The notes below the pieces were generated by a model. That model was not told the DNA's origin. It worked only from the letters and a program-made list of their open reading frames with translations, and did no database searches. Shown here one piece after another: positions 38,929 to 51,209 of a DNA stretch of 64,000 nt. Where the stretch lies: contig JARDVH010000106.1 in the NCBI GenBank assembly GCA_030324005.1, positions 36,925,403-36,989,402 on the forward strand. Reading direction: 5' to 3'. Position 1 is the first letter of the stretch; each line of letters starts with the position of its first letter. The position numbers were made by a program, and so were the translations under genes. This DNA is from Negaprion brevirostris (lineage: Eukaryota).

Positions 38929-39948
38929 TAAGTGACTGTATGTAAACTTGAGTTCCTCGCGCTTTTTCCTACTAATTCTCAAACGTGGTTATTTGCCGTT
39001 TAGTAAGGATATTGTGAGATATTTCCACAGCTAACCAGGGATAAAGTTTGCTAATTATCACGTGCAATGTTTCCTACAATTGAAAATTGAATTAGCAGAT
39101 GGTCAGTATGTCCAGTGTTGTCTGTGCAGTCCACAGAAAAACTTACAAAGATCACTAACAGCCCCTAGTGGCAAAGATCAAGTGCTGCATCATTCACATG
39201 ATCTATTGGCAATTCACTATTTAATACTTTGAATTTCTCAGTTTGTTCCTACATGTCTTTTTCTATTAACAGTTTTATAAACAGCGATGTTTTCATTTAT
39301 CCAGAAACGCTACTTCAGGAACAGCCAGACCACAAGATCTAGATTCAGGCTGGTGAAGGGTAAATTTAACACTGACATCAGGAGAACTCATCATTCTTGA
39401 ACCAAATTTCTAGGAAAAGTAGTGGGAGACAAAAGCCTGAGTCATTCCAAAGCCCTGTTGGAAATATATAGTTTATCTTTTTTTGGATGGCCAATCTCCC
39501 TCTGTGTATTCATCCGTTAACTGGTTAGTGAAGTCTTCCAACTAGCCACTAATTTTCACACAAACCTATTTCAAAGATTTTTATTTGCGTGTTTGTGATT
39601 CACAGTGAATTCAGTCTGCAAATGCCCAATGGACAGGTGCATAAAGACTTGACGGGGGTAAAAAACGCTACCTACAGGCACGGTGATTCATTGAATGTCA
39701 TAATTTGTTTTGGTCCCATTTCCAAGCAATACTTGTATTACATCAACTAGATGTAATACAATCTGTTGCAATTACAGAGACAAACTAAAGCATTAAAGTC
39801 CCAGTACCATTTCCTTTTGGAGTTGCAAAAAGGGTGCATCCACAAATTCTGATGCCTTATAATATCCAATGGAGAATCATTCCAGATTAGATGAGAAATG
39901 AGCCCACTTGGCGCAGGCTGAATACAATCCAAGTTGATTACATTTATA

Positions 39949-40042
39949 TTTCAGGTTTGGGCCTGAACCTGGCATACAATGTAGAATTCTGTGTTTGTAT
40001 ACCAACAGCTACATTGTCTGCTGGGTTTCGGGCTACCTGGAA
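39949..40042 (+). ncRNA. mir-221: microRNA precursor mir-221 (5p 39967-39988; mature 3p 40007-40029)
   Basis: AGCTACATTGTCTGCTGGGTTTC is canonical miR-221-3p; 5p arm ACCTGGCATACAATGTAGAATT; basal stem ttcaggt/acctggaa; apical UGUG. Confidence 0.98.
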
Positions 40043-40454
40043 CAATAGCAAATCATTTGCACATTGCAGCATAGCTAACTGGAATAAAATGTAAGTATGT
40101 CTTTTGGTCTACATAAGCTATTTTTTTAAGAACAAAAACCTGTCACCATATTTGGACAGCCTAGTCACTCACTCCCAACCAGGAGACAGTTCCAAAGCTG
40201 CCTATCAATGCAGTCTGCCAGATTTGAGTCAATTTTTGTTATGTAGAATAATCTAAATGTGAAAGATTCCACCTGCAGCTATTTCAGAAACTGAGGTGTT
40301 AATGCTTATTCCTACCTTGGAACCAACTCCTGTGAGACTTTAGAGAGTTATATTGATCCATAATGGAACAGTTTAACAGGACTTTTGCCTCATTTGCATG
40401 TCCTTTGGTCAACAAGAGAAAAAAAAACAGCTGCATTGGATGAGGAAGTTCTGT

Positions 40455-40810
40455 TCATACAGTCATACATTACAGTTGATGGCCATTCAACCCATTGTGC
40501 CTGTGCCCTCTTTGAAAGATAAAAGCAAAATACTGCAGATACTGGAATCTGAAGCAAAAACGGAAAATGCTGAAAAATCTCAGCAGGTCTGACAGTATCT
40601 GTGGAGTGAGAACAGAACCAACGTTTGAAGTCAGGAAGATCCTTTGTCAGAGGTCAAAGATTTGAAAGAGCTGTTCAAATAGTGCCACTCCTCTGCCCTT
40701 TCTCCACAGCCTTCCATCTTTTTTCCCTTCACATTTATCCAGGCTGTTAAGAAAGTTATGATTGAATTTCCTTTCATCAGCCTTTCAGGCTGTTCATTCT
40801 AGACCATTAC
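40455..40810 (-). mobile_element. HER1/CR1 3' tail interrupted by an insertion
   Basis: atggccattcaacccattgtg...tagtgccactcctctgccctttctccacagcc. Confidence 0.65.
40520..40660 (-). mobile_element. Penelope-like (pLTR-derived) short element with a 9-bp target-site duplication
   Basis: aaaagcaaaatactgcagatactggaatctga..aatgctg..ctcagcaggtctgacagtatctgtggag, flanked by tttgaaaga at 40511 and 40661. The family assignment is from memory. Confidence 0.6.
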
Positions 40811-41110
40811 CAACTTGTGTTTTGCACCTCACCTCACCTCCCCTCCAGCTCTTCTTCTTAAAGTACAGAAATTTCTAGCAGTTTTTGATGTGATCACAGG
40901 CTCATTTCAATTTCTCAACATGAAGTTCTTAAGCAGAGTATATGATGCGTACTGGTACACAGGTCATGTGATGGAACAAAACTTCTTATTCTCTGATACC
41001 TGTCTTAAACTGGTAAGAGAGTGACTGCTAGTCCACAGTTTGGGGATATGTAAATAACCTGTCATGTTAGTCCAAGTACCCAACGAATTGTCTGTATGAA
41101 CAAATTAAAT

Positions 41111-41170
41111 AATAAAAGAATAAGTAAAGCATTTAACCTGATTGTTTTCCAATTTATGTTTTGTGTTGAT
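41111..41170 (+). terminator. Candidate poly(A) signal of the host transcript
   Basis: AATAAA at 41111 followed by U/GU-rich tgttttccaatttatgttttgtgttg. Confidence 0.35.
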
Positions 41171-41379
41171 ATGCCTCATGGCAATAAGGTAATCTGTAAA
41201 AGTGTGTTGTAAAGTTCCTCTGCTGAAACATCTTCAGTTGCTTCGGTGAATTCATCCTAGGGTCAGAAGTGGAGGTGTTTGCCGATAATGCTGAGTTGCA
41301 TTTTGCTATTTAACAGCATTTCGGAGAATGTTTTGGCAATGACCATCAGCAACCAGACATAGTTTAAGCACCTTCTCTA

Positions 41380-41980
41380 GACATTCAAAGACATTACCAT
41401 TGCTGAATCCTGGATCTCTATTGACTCGATCACTTGACTCAACCAGTCATATAAATACTGTGGCTAAACATAAGCAGGTGATTCACAGTCTGACATGCTA
41501 GAAGTGTGTTGGAATGCTCCCCACATGTCTGGATGAGTCCAGCTCCAACAGCACTTGAGAAATTCAACACCATCTGGTAGAAGGTAGCCTGCTTGATTGG
41601 TACCCACTCCACCACCTTAAACATTCACTTCCTTCACCACTGGCACACTATGCCTGCATTGTGTGCCATCTATACAATGCCCTGTACTAATGCAGCAAGG
41701 TGAGTCTTCAACACCACTTCCCAAATCTAGAATGACAAAGGCAATAGCAGATTGGAGCAACATCACCTTCCAAGTCCCTCAACCATTACTTAGGAAATAT
41801 GTCATTCCTTCACTATTGTTAGTCAATACCCTAGAACTCCCTCCCAATTGGCACTGCGGGTGTAACTACACCACATGGATTGCAGTGGTTTTGGAAGGTG
41901 GCTCGTCACCATCTCAAACACAATTAGTAATGAATAATAACTGATGGCCTTGCCAGAAAAACCCACATCCTGTGAATGAT
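41380..41980 (+). mobile_element. CR1-like LINE family B, 3' end
   Basis: Homologous to 3110-3745; tail cccacatcctgtgaatga. Confidence 0.8.
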
Positions 41981-42794
41981 TCACAGCTCTTATTGCTCAC
42001 CTAAATGCTAAGTGATGTCACTGATCAACCTGTTGTTTAATCTCAATCATGACATATAAACTGCAACTGCTGAGCTGAGATCTCATTATGAAATGCAGAT
42101 TGCAACTCAAATAATCCGAGGGAATTAATAAGTGTGTGGTTTACTCAAAGACTGGGATACAGGAGAGTTCACAGCCTATGGTAATATCACTCATAAAGTT
42201 CAGAACTGAACTATTTTCTTGTATTATTACACTAAGGTAATTTTATTTATATTGCTTCACTGTGCAATGTTCAAATTCTACACCCCCCCACCCCCCCCCT
42301 AAATTGGCAAGTTCTCACATCCCACCCCACTCTGCCACTCCCCACCCCCTCCCAAAATGGGGCCCTCTAGAGGGCCTATCCTGACACAGGTTGGCACTTC
42401 CAGGTTGGTAGTTCCAATNNNNNNNNNNNNNNNNNNNNNNNNNNNTGCTCCCAGCAGGATTCCCTTGACTGAAGCCCATTCCTGTAAAGCTGTTGTAGAC
42501 ATTGGCAAGGTTTGAATATTTAGTGAAGGGACATCATTATGGCAGGGAGGCCCTTTAATAGAATTGAAGTTTATAAGGTTCCCACCCCTTGAACGGGAAT
42601 CTCGTTCTGTCCCTGGCGAGTGGCAAGTAAAATGGAAAAACGTGATCTCGCCAGTGACAATTTAATTTCCCGACTCATGAGACTTTGCTTCCCCTGTCGT
42701 CATTTACGTTTGTGGCAAGCGTGGGTGCAAAATCACCTCGCCATAGTGACTGACTGCTCCTGTTACCTTCTCAAAAAATACAATTAAGTCAATG

Positions 42795-43778
42795 TAGATG
42801 GTATATCTGATATAGTCAACATGGCACAGTGGTCAGAAAAGTAAAGGCCCGGGGAATCTATGGGAAAGTGGCAAGCGTGATCCCAAATTAGCTCAGTGAC
42901 GGAGCAAAGAGTAATGGTCAGTGGATGTTTTTGTGACAGGAATGCCATTTCCAGTAGGGTTTAGAAGGGCTCAATATTCAACCCTTTGATTTCTTGGTAT
43001 ATGGATCAATGATTTAGCTTTAAATGTAGGGGCCATGATTAAGTTGGCAGATGATGTAGAAACTGTGGTGTGGCTATATTGGGACGAAAGCTGTAGACTG
43101 CCAGAAGATGTCAATGAATGTAGAGAGTCGGGCAAATAGAATTCAGTGCAGAGAAGTGGGGTATTGCATTTGAGAAGGGTAAATAAGGTAAGGAAATACA
43201 TAACACAAGAGAAGAGAGGAGGTGTCTTGAAGTACATGTCCACAGATTCCTAAAAGTAGGACTGGTATATAAAGATACAGGTAATATAAGGCAGTTTAAA
43301 CAGGGAAGTTATGCTTGTGCTGTATAAAACAATTGCCAAGTCATAGCAAGAGTCGTGTGCAAAAGTTCTGGACACCACGGCGCAGGAAGGATACGATTGC
43401 ACTGGAGATGTTACACAGATTTATAGCGATGGACTGGAGAATCTTAGCTACAAGAAAAGAATTGATAGGCTGGATTATTTTCGTTGGAATTGAGGAAGCT
43501 AACAATAGATTTAATTGACATGCATCAAATTATGAGGATTCTAGATGGAGTAGAGTTTCCCTGACAAAGATCTCTAACTGGTGCACAGATTTAACATAAT
43601 TAGCAGATGGAATAAAGGGAATTTTTCACCCACCGGCTACTGGAGGTGTAGAATCCACTGCCTGAAAGAGTAGAGGAGACAAAACTCAGACATTTAAAAA
43701 GTACTTGGGTAAGCATCTGAAATGCCATAACTTACAAGGTTATGGACCAATAGCAGCAAAGTGGGAGTAGGCTGAATG
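42795..43778 (+). mobile_element. Degenerate HER1/CR1 LINE RT plus 3' end
   Basis: Encodes INDL..IKLADD..VQKFWTPRRRKDTIALE..FKKYL. Confidence 0.85.
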
Positions 43779-43789
43779 ATCTAACTCGA

Positions 43790-45265
43790 CTTCCTCCAGA
43801 GATCCCCAACATCACAGCTGCCCATCTTCAGCTAGTCCATGTGATATCAAGAAATGGTTGGAGGCACTGGATACTGCAAAAGGTGCTGACAATATTTCAG
43901 CAATAGTACTGGAGACTTGTGCTTCCGCACTGGCCGTGCCCCTAGCCAAGCTTTTCCAATGCAACTCTGGCATCTACCCGGCAATGTGGAAAATTGCCTA
44001 GGTCTTTCCTGTATACAAAAAAACAGGACAAATCCAACCAGGCTAATTACCGCCCCATCGATCTACTCTCAATCATTGACGGAGGGGTCATCAACAACAC
44101 TATCAAGCTCAGCAACAACCTGCTCACTGGTGCTCAGAAAGGATTCTATCACAGTATCACACAGCTCCTGGTCTCATTACAGCCATGGTTCAAGCATAGG
44201 CAAAAGAGATGAACTCCAGAGGTGAGGTGAGGGTGACTGCTCTTGACATCAAGGCAGCATTTGACAGTGTGGCATCAAGGAGTCCTAGCAAAACTGGAGT
44301 CAATGGGAATCAGGAGAGGGAAAATCTCTGATTTTTGGAGTTATACATAGCACAAAGGAAGATAGCTGTGGTTGTTCAAGGTCAGTTATCTCAATTCCAG
44401 AATTCCTCAGTAGTTCCTTAGGCCATCCATGTCCAGCTACTTCATCAATGACCTTCCTTCCATTATAAGGTCAGATGTGGGAATGTTTGCTGATGATTGC
44501 AGAATGGTCACCACTGTTCATAACTCCTCAGATACTGAAGCAGTCTATGTCGAAATGCAGCAAGACCTGGACAATATCCAGACTTGGGCTGACAAATGGC
44601 AAATAACATCCGCGCCACCCAAGTGCCAGACAATGAACAGCTCCAACAAGAGAGAATCTAACCATCTCTCCATCAATGGCATCCCCACTGCTGTTTCTCC
44701 CACTATCAGCATGGGGAGCTGGCGATGAGGCTAGCCCTGTGAATACTGTGGTTACAAGAGGAGGTCAGAGGCTAGGAATCTTGCGGCAAGTAACTTACCT
44801 CCTGACTGCCCAAAGCTGGCCCACCATCTATAGGGCACAAGTCAGGGGTGTGATGGAGTACACCCTGCTTGCCTGGATGCAGATCCAACAACACTCAAGA
44901 GGTTTGACACTAGGACAAAGCAGCCCGATTAACTGGCAATCCATCCAGCTTATCAACCGTACACCCTCTCCCTCACTGGTGCACAGGGGCAGCAGTGTGT
45001 ACCATCTATAAGGCAACTTGCCATGACTTCTACCACATAGAAGGTCAAGAAAAGCAGACACAAAGCACCCCCCACCCCGTATCACCATTCCTTCACTGTG
45101 TCTGGGTCAGCATACCGGACCTCCCTTCCTGAGGGTGTCCTGAGTGTGTCCTGAGTGTGTCCACACTAGTTCAAGGGGGGCGGGGGGGCTTGCCACCACT
45201 TTCTCAGCACTGACAAGTGGGTAATAACTACTGACACCATGAGCCCCATGAACCAATAATAAAAA
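43790..45265 (+). mobile_element. CR1-like LINE family B, RT domain plus 3' UTR
   Basis: KKQDKSNQANYRPIDLLSII, LDIKAAFD, FINDLPSII..MFADD, IYRAQVRGVMEY; frameshifted. Confidence 0.92.
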
Positions 45266-45431
45266 GAAAGCTTCCTCCCTTCTGCTGAGCCAACACAGAT
45301 GAGCTCTTCCCCCAACAACAGACACTGTTTCNNNNNNNNNNNNNNNNNNNNNNNNNNNNNNNNNNNNNNNNNNNNNNNNNNNNNNNNNNNNNNNNNNNNN
45401 NNNNNNNNNNNNNNNNNNNNNNNNNNNNNNN

Positions 45432-45865
45432 AGCATTTACCTGGATGGGTGCAATTCCAACAACGCTCAGGAAGCTTGACACCATCCAAGACAAAATAGC
45501 CCACTTGATTGTTTGTGGAAGGGATGCCATTCACTCCCTCCACCACTGATGCACAGTAGCAGTTGAGCACACCATCTATAAGATCCACTTCAAGAAATCA
45601 CCAAGGCTCCTTAGGCAGCACCATCCAAATCATGACCCCTACCATCTAGAAGGACAAGGGCAGCAGACACATGGGAACACCACCACCTGGAAGTTCCCCT
45701 CCTAGCAACTCAATATTGTGATTTGGAAATTCCTCTCTAACAGCACTGTGGGTTTACCTATAGCATGGACTGCAGCAGTTCAAAATACAGCTCACCACCA
45801 CCTTCTCAAGGACAATTATGGAAGGGTTATAAATGCTGACCCATCCACATCCCATGAATGAATTA
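45432..45865 (+). mobile_element. CR1-like LINE family B, 3' end
   Basis: agcttgacaccatccaagacaaa..ccaccaccttctcaagg..cacatcccatgaatgaat. Confidence 0.85.
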
Positions 45866-46137
45866 AACTTTTCGACTCACACAAACACAGTAGGCTGAAT
45901 GGCCTCCTTGTACATTGTAGATTTCTAGAATTGTGTGTTTTAAGGAAGATTCTACTAATTGGGTTCCTGCTATTATTTATTCAGCAGCAGCTTNNNNNNN
46001 NNNNNNNNNNNNNNNNNNNNNNNNNNNNNNNNNNNNNNNNNNNNNNNNNNNNNNNNNNNNNNNNNNNNNNNNNNNNNNNNNNNNNNNNNNNNNTAGCCAA
46101 AAAGGGGTTTGACTTTTACATAGGCAATAGTTTTGAG

Positions 46138-46467
46138 AAACATAGAAACCCCACAGTACAGAAAGAGGCCATTCGGCCCATCGAGTCTGCACCAACCACA
46201 ATCCCACCCAGGCCCCATCTCCACACTCCCACACATTTACCCACTAATCCACGCATCTCAGGACACCAAGGACAATTTTAGCCAGGCCAATCAACCTAAC
46301 CCGCAAGTTTTTGGACTGTGGGAGGAAACTGGAGCACCCAAAGGAAACCCATGCAGACACAAGAAGAATGTGCAAACTCCACACAGACAGTGACCCAAGC
46401 CAGGAATTGAACCCAGGTCCTTGGAGCTATGCAGGAGCAGTGCTAACCACTGTGCTACCATGCCACC
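46138..46467 (-). mobile_element. HE1-type SINE, full length
   Basis: catagaaaccccacagtacagaaagaggccattcggccc through agtgctaaccactgtgctaccatgcc. Confidence 0.93.
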
Positions 46468-47407
46468 CAGTAGCACAATGTTCTCGGTTAAAAGGGGTTG
46501 GACATGAATCCTGTAGGTTTGGCTTAGGATAACTTCTCATTTATTCTAAGAAACTCTAGGGATGTTAAGATTCTTATGTGTGTACTCTGAGCATTCTAGA
46601 GAAAAAAAATTACTCCACAGCATCAAAGTGCTGTTGATGTGTTCAAAAACATCAACTCTTTCAAAGTAAAAATAAATCAGCTTTATTTATTCCATCCATT
46701 CCAATGTCTTGCCAAAGAAAGTTTCTCAAAACAAATGAGCCTAGCTAGCACAATATTAACTCCTCTGATGTCTCTGTATAAATCGATTTACAACACTTGA
46801 AAGATCAGGTTGCCAAAAAAAGTGAGCACAAGAATTTTTAATTTTTTTCTGAAGTATTGGGTAACTGTAGTTCAAAAACAAAACATCTTTTCATTTTGAA
46901 TAGATACTTGTCTTAGCCAAGTTACAACTATTAACCAGTGTGCAGCAGACAACCTTAAAGTTGATCCATCATCAAATCTAAGCTTGGAAAAACACAGTAA
47001 TCTTCCCTACTTATAGCAATGGAATGGTTTGATTATGCCTCTGAGCACATAACATGGAAATAAGCCGGTAGGGGGTGTGTTTTTGAATATAATAATGTGA
47101 TTCCAATGCATCATTGTGTTTTTTGGGATATAATGCAAACACTTTCATGACTGCACTTCTTTTTCTAATAGAATTGATCATTTCACAGTTACGTTTAGCA
47201 ATGGTATTGCTGGAATGCAACATTTGCATCCAGTGACAATGCTTGGCTCAAGTTTGTCAAGCCTTAATTGCAATAGAGTGCACTTCATCACCAACTCCCA
47301 CGTACCATTTTCACATTTCCATTTAGCACATGCTGTCCAATACAGTCAGAGAAAAATGTTGAGTTTTGGGTTTAAACTGGATTATCAAACTTTGTCCAAA
47401 CTACTTA

Positions 47408-47660
47408 ATAAGATTAGCATTTATCCAATTTCAATTTCAGTCCAATTCACCAACATTGTCAAACATTCAAACCGTGCTTGCCCATGGGAATATCCTCAGT
47501 CATTCTTCTCCACAGCAGGTTCACTTTGTTGAGTAATGGAATTCATTGATGCTTGAAGCAACAGGGAAAAGAGACTGAGGACAAGCAATGGGAATGGGGA
47601 ACAATGAGGCAGCCAGTCGTACTCGCCATGTTCAATGCAAGCAGTAACTTTCTGATGTGT
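47408..47660 (-). pseudogene. Ty3/Gypsy reverse-transcriptase relic
   Basis: Minus-strand pieces QKVTACIEHGEYDWL..PFPL..LLQASMNSI and, a little downstream, IGLKLKLDKC resemble the Gypsy RT motifs TAF..G.YEW..MPFGL..FQ..M and GLKLN..KC. Confidence 0.5.
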
Positions 47661-48224
47661 GACTAAGCACAAAATTTAATTTTTTTAAAAAATTTTCTAC
47701 ATATAATGAATGACTTTTCTGAGATATCTTCTTCAGTGTTCAGTTCCCAGTATTCAGAGAGTACCAGTGATAGAGCTAAGACTTTTGGGAATCCAATATT
47801 GCCAGTAAAAGGGCTGAATTACAGTAGCAATATGCCTAGTAAAGCTTCTCCTTTCATTTCACGTTTAAGTGCATTCCACAGCACACCCACTGTCTCAAAT
47901 TCTTTTTATTAAACCCTTGGTCTGTTTTGTATTCTTACTTGACTGTACAATTAACAGGTCACTTTGCACCCTCATGCTGTCAGTGAACAAGGCTCCCCAC
48001 TAGCATTTAATTTGGGGAATTTAGTCTTATGTGGTTTATGGTTTAAATGAAATGTTGCAAAGTTAAGCTTTGTAACAAACATATTTCCAATGGGTGAAGC
48101 TACCTCAAAGAAACACAAAGTCAGAATATTATCCTTTCAGTTCCTTCTGCCAACGCTATTTAGCATTTATAAATCATCCTGGATTATCATTATCCAGATT
48201 ATTATAATATCCTGTTTTTAAATA

Positions 48225-48800
48225 TGGAATCTCAATTTGCTTTTGGATTTAATTGCATTAAAAGCAGTTCATAGAAGATTAACTCGACTGATTTCTGGGA
48301 TGTAGGGATTATTTTATGAGGAAGGTTGAACTGGTTGGGCCTATATTCATTAGCGATCAGAAGAATGAGAGATGAACTTATTGCAACATATTAGATTCTG
48401 AGCGGATTTAACAGGGTAAATGCAGAGAGGATGTTGCCCTCGTGTAGGAATCTAGAACCAGCATAAAAATTAGAGTGTCTCATTTAAGACTGACCTAAGG
48501 AGACATTTTCTCTCTGAGAGTCATTAGTCTGTGGAAATGTCTTCTCCTGAGAGCAATGGAGGCTGCATCATACAATATGTTCAAGGTCAAAGTTTAGTTA
48601 AAGAGGTGGGTTTTGAGAGGGTCTTAAAGAGGATCTTAAATATATTTTTGATTAGCAAGGGAATAATGGTGAGAGCGGGGCATGGGTACACAGACAGGAA
48701 GGTGGAGTTGAGTCCAAAATCGAATCAGCCAGAGCACCTGCTCTGCCACTCTGCTATCAAATGGCAGAGCAGGCACGAGGGGTCAAGTGGCCTCCTCCTA
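48225..48800 (+). mobile_element. CR1 LINE 3' end
   Basis: Encodes AVHRRLTRLI..RRMRDELIATY*IL..RRHFLSERVISLWK; CR1-type tail. Confidence 0.8.
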
Positions 48801-49767
48801 CTCCTGACTCTTGTTCTTGTACTGCCACAGCAAAGATGCTATACTTTTTTTTATTTTTAATTTAATTTTTTTTTAATGTATTCCTTTCTCAGCGTTACAA
48901 AACCAATGTGCGGCGTGTACTAGCCGAGCTCTTAATTCACCTCCTTGCTTCCTCCAAGAACCAATTCAAATTCAAATTGAATCCAATTCACACTCCCCAC
49001 AAGAGAGACATTCTAAATCCAGGCTGACAGGAACAGGCATTACTCCTGATCTCAGGCTTAATCTTGTTATAAGACTAAGTGCACTTGCTGGCTTTGCTAG
49101 GTCATAAATGAAATAAATGGGGCCTACATTACTTTGTAAGTCACCACAGACAACAGGGACTGCAGCCATTCAAGAAAGCTCACCACCCCCTTCTTAAGGG
49201 CAAGTAGAGATGGACAATAAATGCTGTCCTGGCCAGCAATACCCATNNNNNNNNNNNNNNNNNNNNNNNNNNNNNNNNNNNNNNNNNNNNNNNNNNNNNN
49301 NNNNNNNNNNNNNNNNNNNNNNNNNNNNNNNNNNNNNNNNNNNNNNATAAATGCTGTCCTGGCCAGCAATACCCATATCCCATAAATAAATTTTATAAAC
49401 TCCTAAAGTTCTACTTGCTACTGAATAAGTGATAACAAAATATGCTGGAAGTGTCACAATGCCACATTTTTCAAAATTCAACCTTTTGAAAAGTCTCTGA
49501 GGAAGAGAATCAATGGGTAATAAAGTCAATATCCTGCTCATGTGTATAATGACCCCACTAAACATTGTCCAAATAACAACAAAGGAGCACCAAACAAGGC
49601 ACATNNNNNNNNNNTGTCTGTTCAAGAGTTGTCATCGACAGGACTATGTTGGGGAGGCTAATGGTGTCAGTTTTTATCTGATGAAGTTTCTGTGATTTTT
49701 TTCTGCCTTAAATGAACAATATTAATGCTGTTTTTGGCCCAAGTCCCACTTTCAATCCATTACTGCA

Positions 49768-50465
49768 GGGGACAGTTGCTTGGTAATGTTACTGGATCAG
49801 TTATCCAGAGGTCTGGACTAATAATCCAGAGATATAAGTTCTATTCCCACCACATCTGGTGGAATTTAAATTTGATTAATTAAATAAACTTGGGAAAATT
49901 AAAAGCTAGTAATGGTGATCATGTAATAGCAGATTTTTGTAAAACCCAACCGACTCACTTTCCTTGGGAGGGAAAGCTGCCATCCTTACCCAGTCTGTCC
50001 TATCTGTGACTCTAGTGCACAACAATGTGGATGAATCCTAACTGCCCTCTCAAATATCCTAATAGGGTCTCATAAAAATAAAACTGGTATCAGAATTTAA
50101 CATGACAACTGCACACACTGTCCAGCCAACCCTGTAAAGTCCTCATCACTAACATTTGGAGACTTGAGCCAAAATTAGGATAGCTGTCCCACAGACTGAT
50201 AAAGCAACAGTCATATTCACAGAGTCATAACGGTCAGTCAACATCCCCCCCCCCCCCCCCAAAACCACAACCCCTGAACGTGGCTTGTCCCACCCCCAAG
50301 ATTGACCCACCAGAGAGGGGCAGTACACTGATATCGAGTCAAGACCCATATAGTCTCATGGCATCAACGCAAGGAAACCTCCTGCTGATCATCGACTACC
50401 TGCCTCCCTCAGCTGATGGATCAGTACTCCTCCATGTTGAACAGCAGTTGGAAGAAGCATTGAAT
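49768..50465 (+). mobile_element. 5' end of family B LINE: SINE-like head followed by the AP-endonuclease start
   Basis: 49768-50055 matches the family B SINE head and core; continues into TNIWRL.PKLG.LSHRLIKQQ..QGNLLLI..PPSADGSVLLHVEQQLEEAL. Confidence 0.7.
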
Positions 50466-50905
50466 AGATAGACGCTTGATGTCCAACCTGGGCACGATGG
50501 GCCAAAGGGCCTCTTTCCATGTTGATAAATTCTACGGGGGTGATTTTACGACCTTGTCCCACCTGACTTTTGGAAGGCGGGGTGGTGCGATTGGGTGAGA
50601 GGTGAAATGAGAAATGTACCTGGTTTCTCACCTCCCCTGATTGTACCAGCCCTGTTTTGCCAGCGAAATTGACTTTACACCCAGATAGGATGCAAAGCCA
50701 ATTTAAATATTTATGGCACAATTTAAATTTCATCAGGGCCCCTACTCCTTCTGCTAGCAAGAATCACATTCTGGCACATTTTTGCACTAACTGCATAAGA
50801 TTGCAACTTGCAGTTTGGTCAAAAAAAAGTGCCATTCTCTCTCATTTTCTCACTTGTTCGACACTTAGGGCATGATCATAAAAAAAATTTCTATGAATCT
50901 ATGAA

Positions 50906-51190
50906 AAGCAAGGACACAGAAAGTTCTGTGGGGTGGGAAATTTCAATGCTTTGCAGCAGAAGTAGCTCGTAGCACTTTTGATGGAACTGGCCAATGCCCG
51001 AAGGACATAATTGCTAACCTAGACCTGAAGGAGATAGTGAGAGAACCAACACAAGGAAGAAAACCCACTTGGCCTCATCCTCAGCAATCTACTTGTCACA
51101 GATGCATCTTTCCATGGCAGCATTGGTAGGAGTAACCACTGCATACTCCTTGTGAAAACAAAGTCCAGTCTTCACACTGAGGACACTGAC
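50906..51190 (+). mobile_element. Family B LINE AP-endonuclease continuation
   Basis: VGNFN..VREPTQG..LGLILSNL..SIGRSNH correspond to the GDFN, PTR..LDL and SDH motifs. Confidence 0.75.
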
Positions 51191-51209
51191 CTTCCACCAA
51201 GGGATTTTA

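Noticed and set aside
49217-49376. Direct repeat ataaatgctgtcctggccagcaatacccat around a gap
   Set aside because: Same scaffolding artefact around a 100-N gap.
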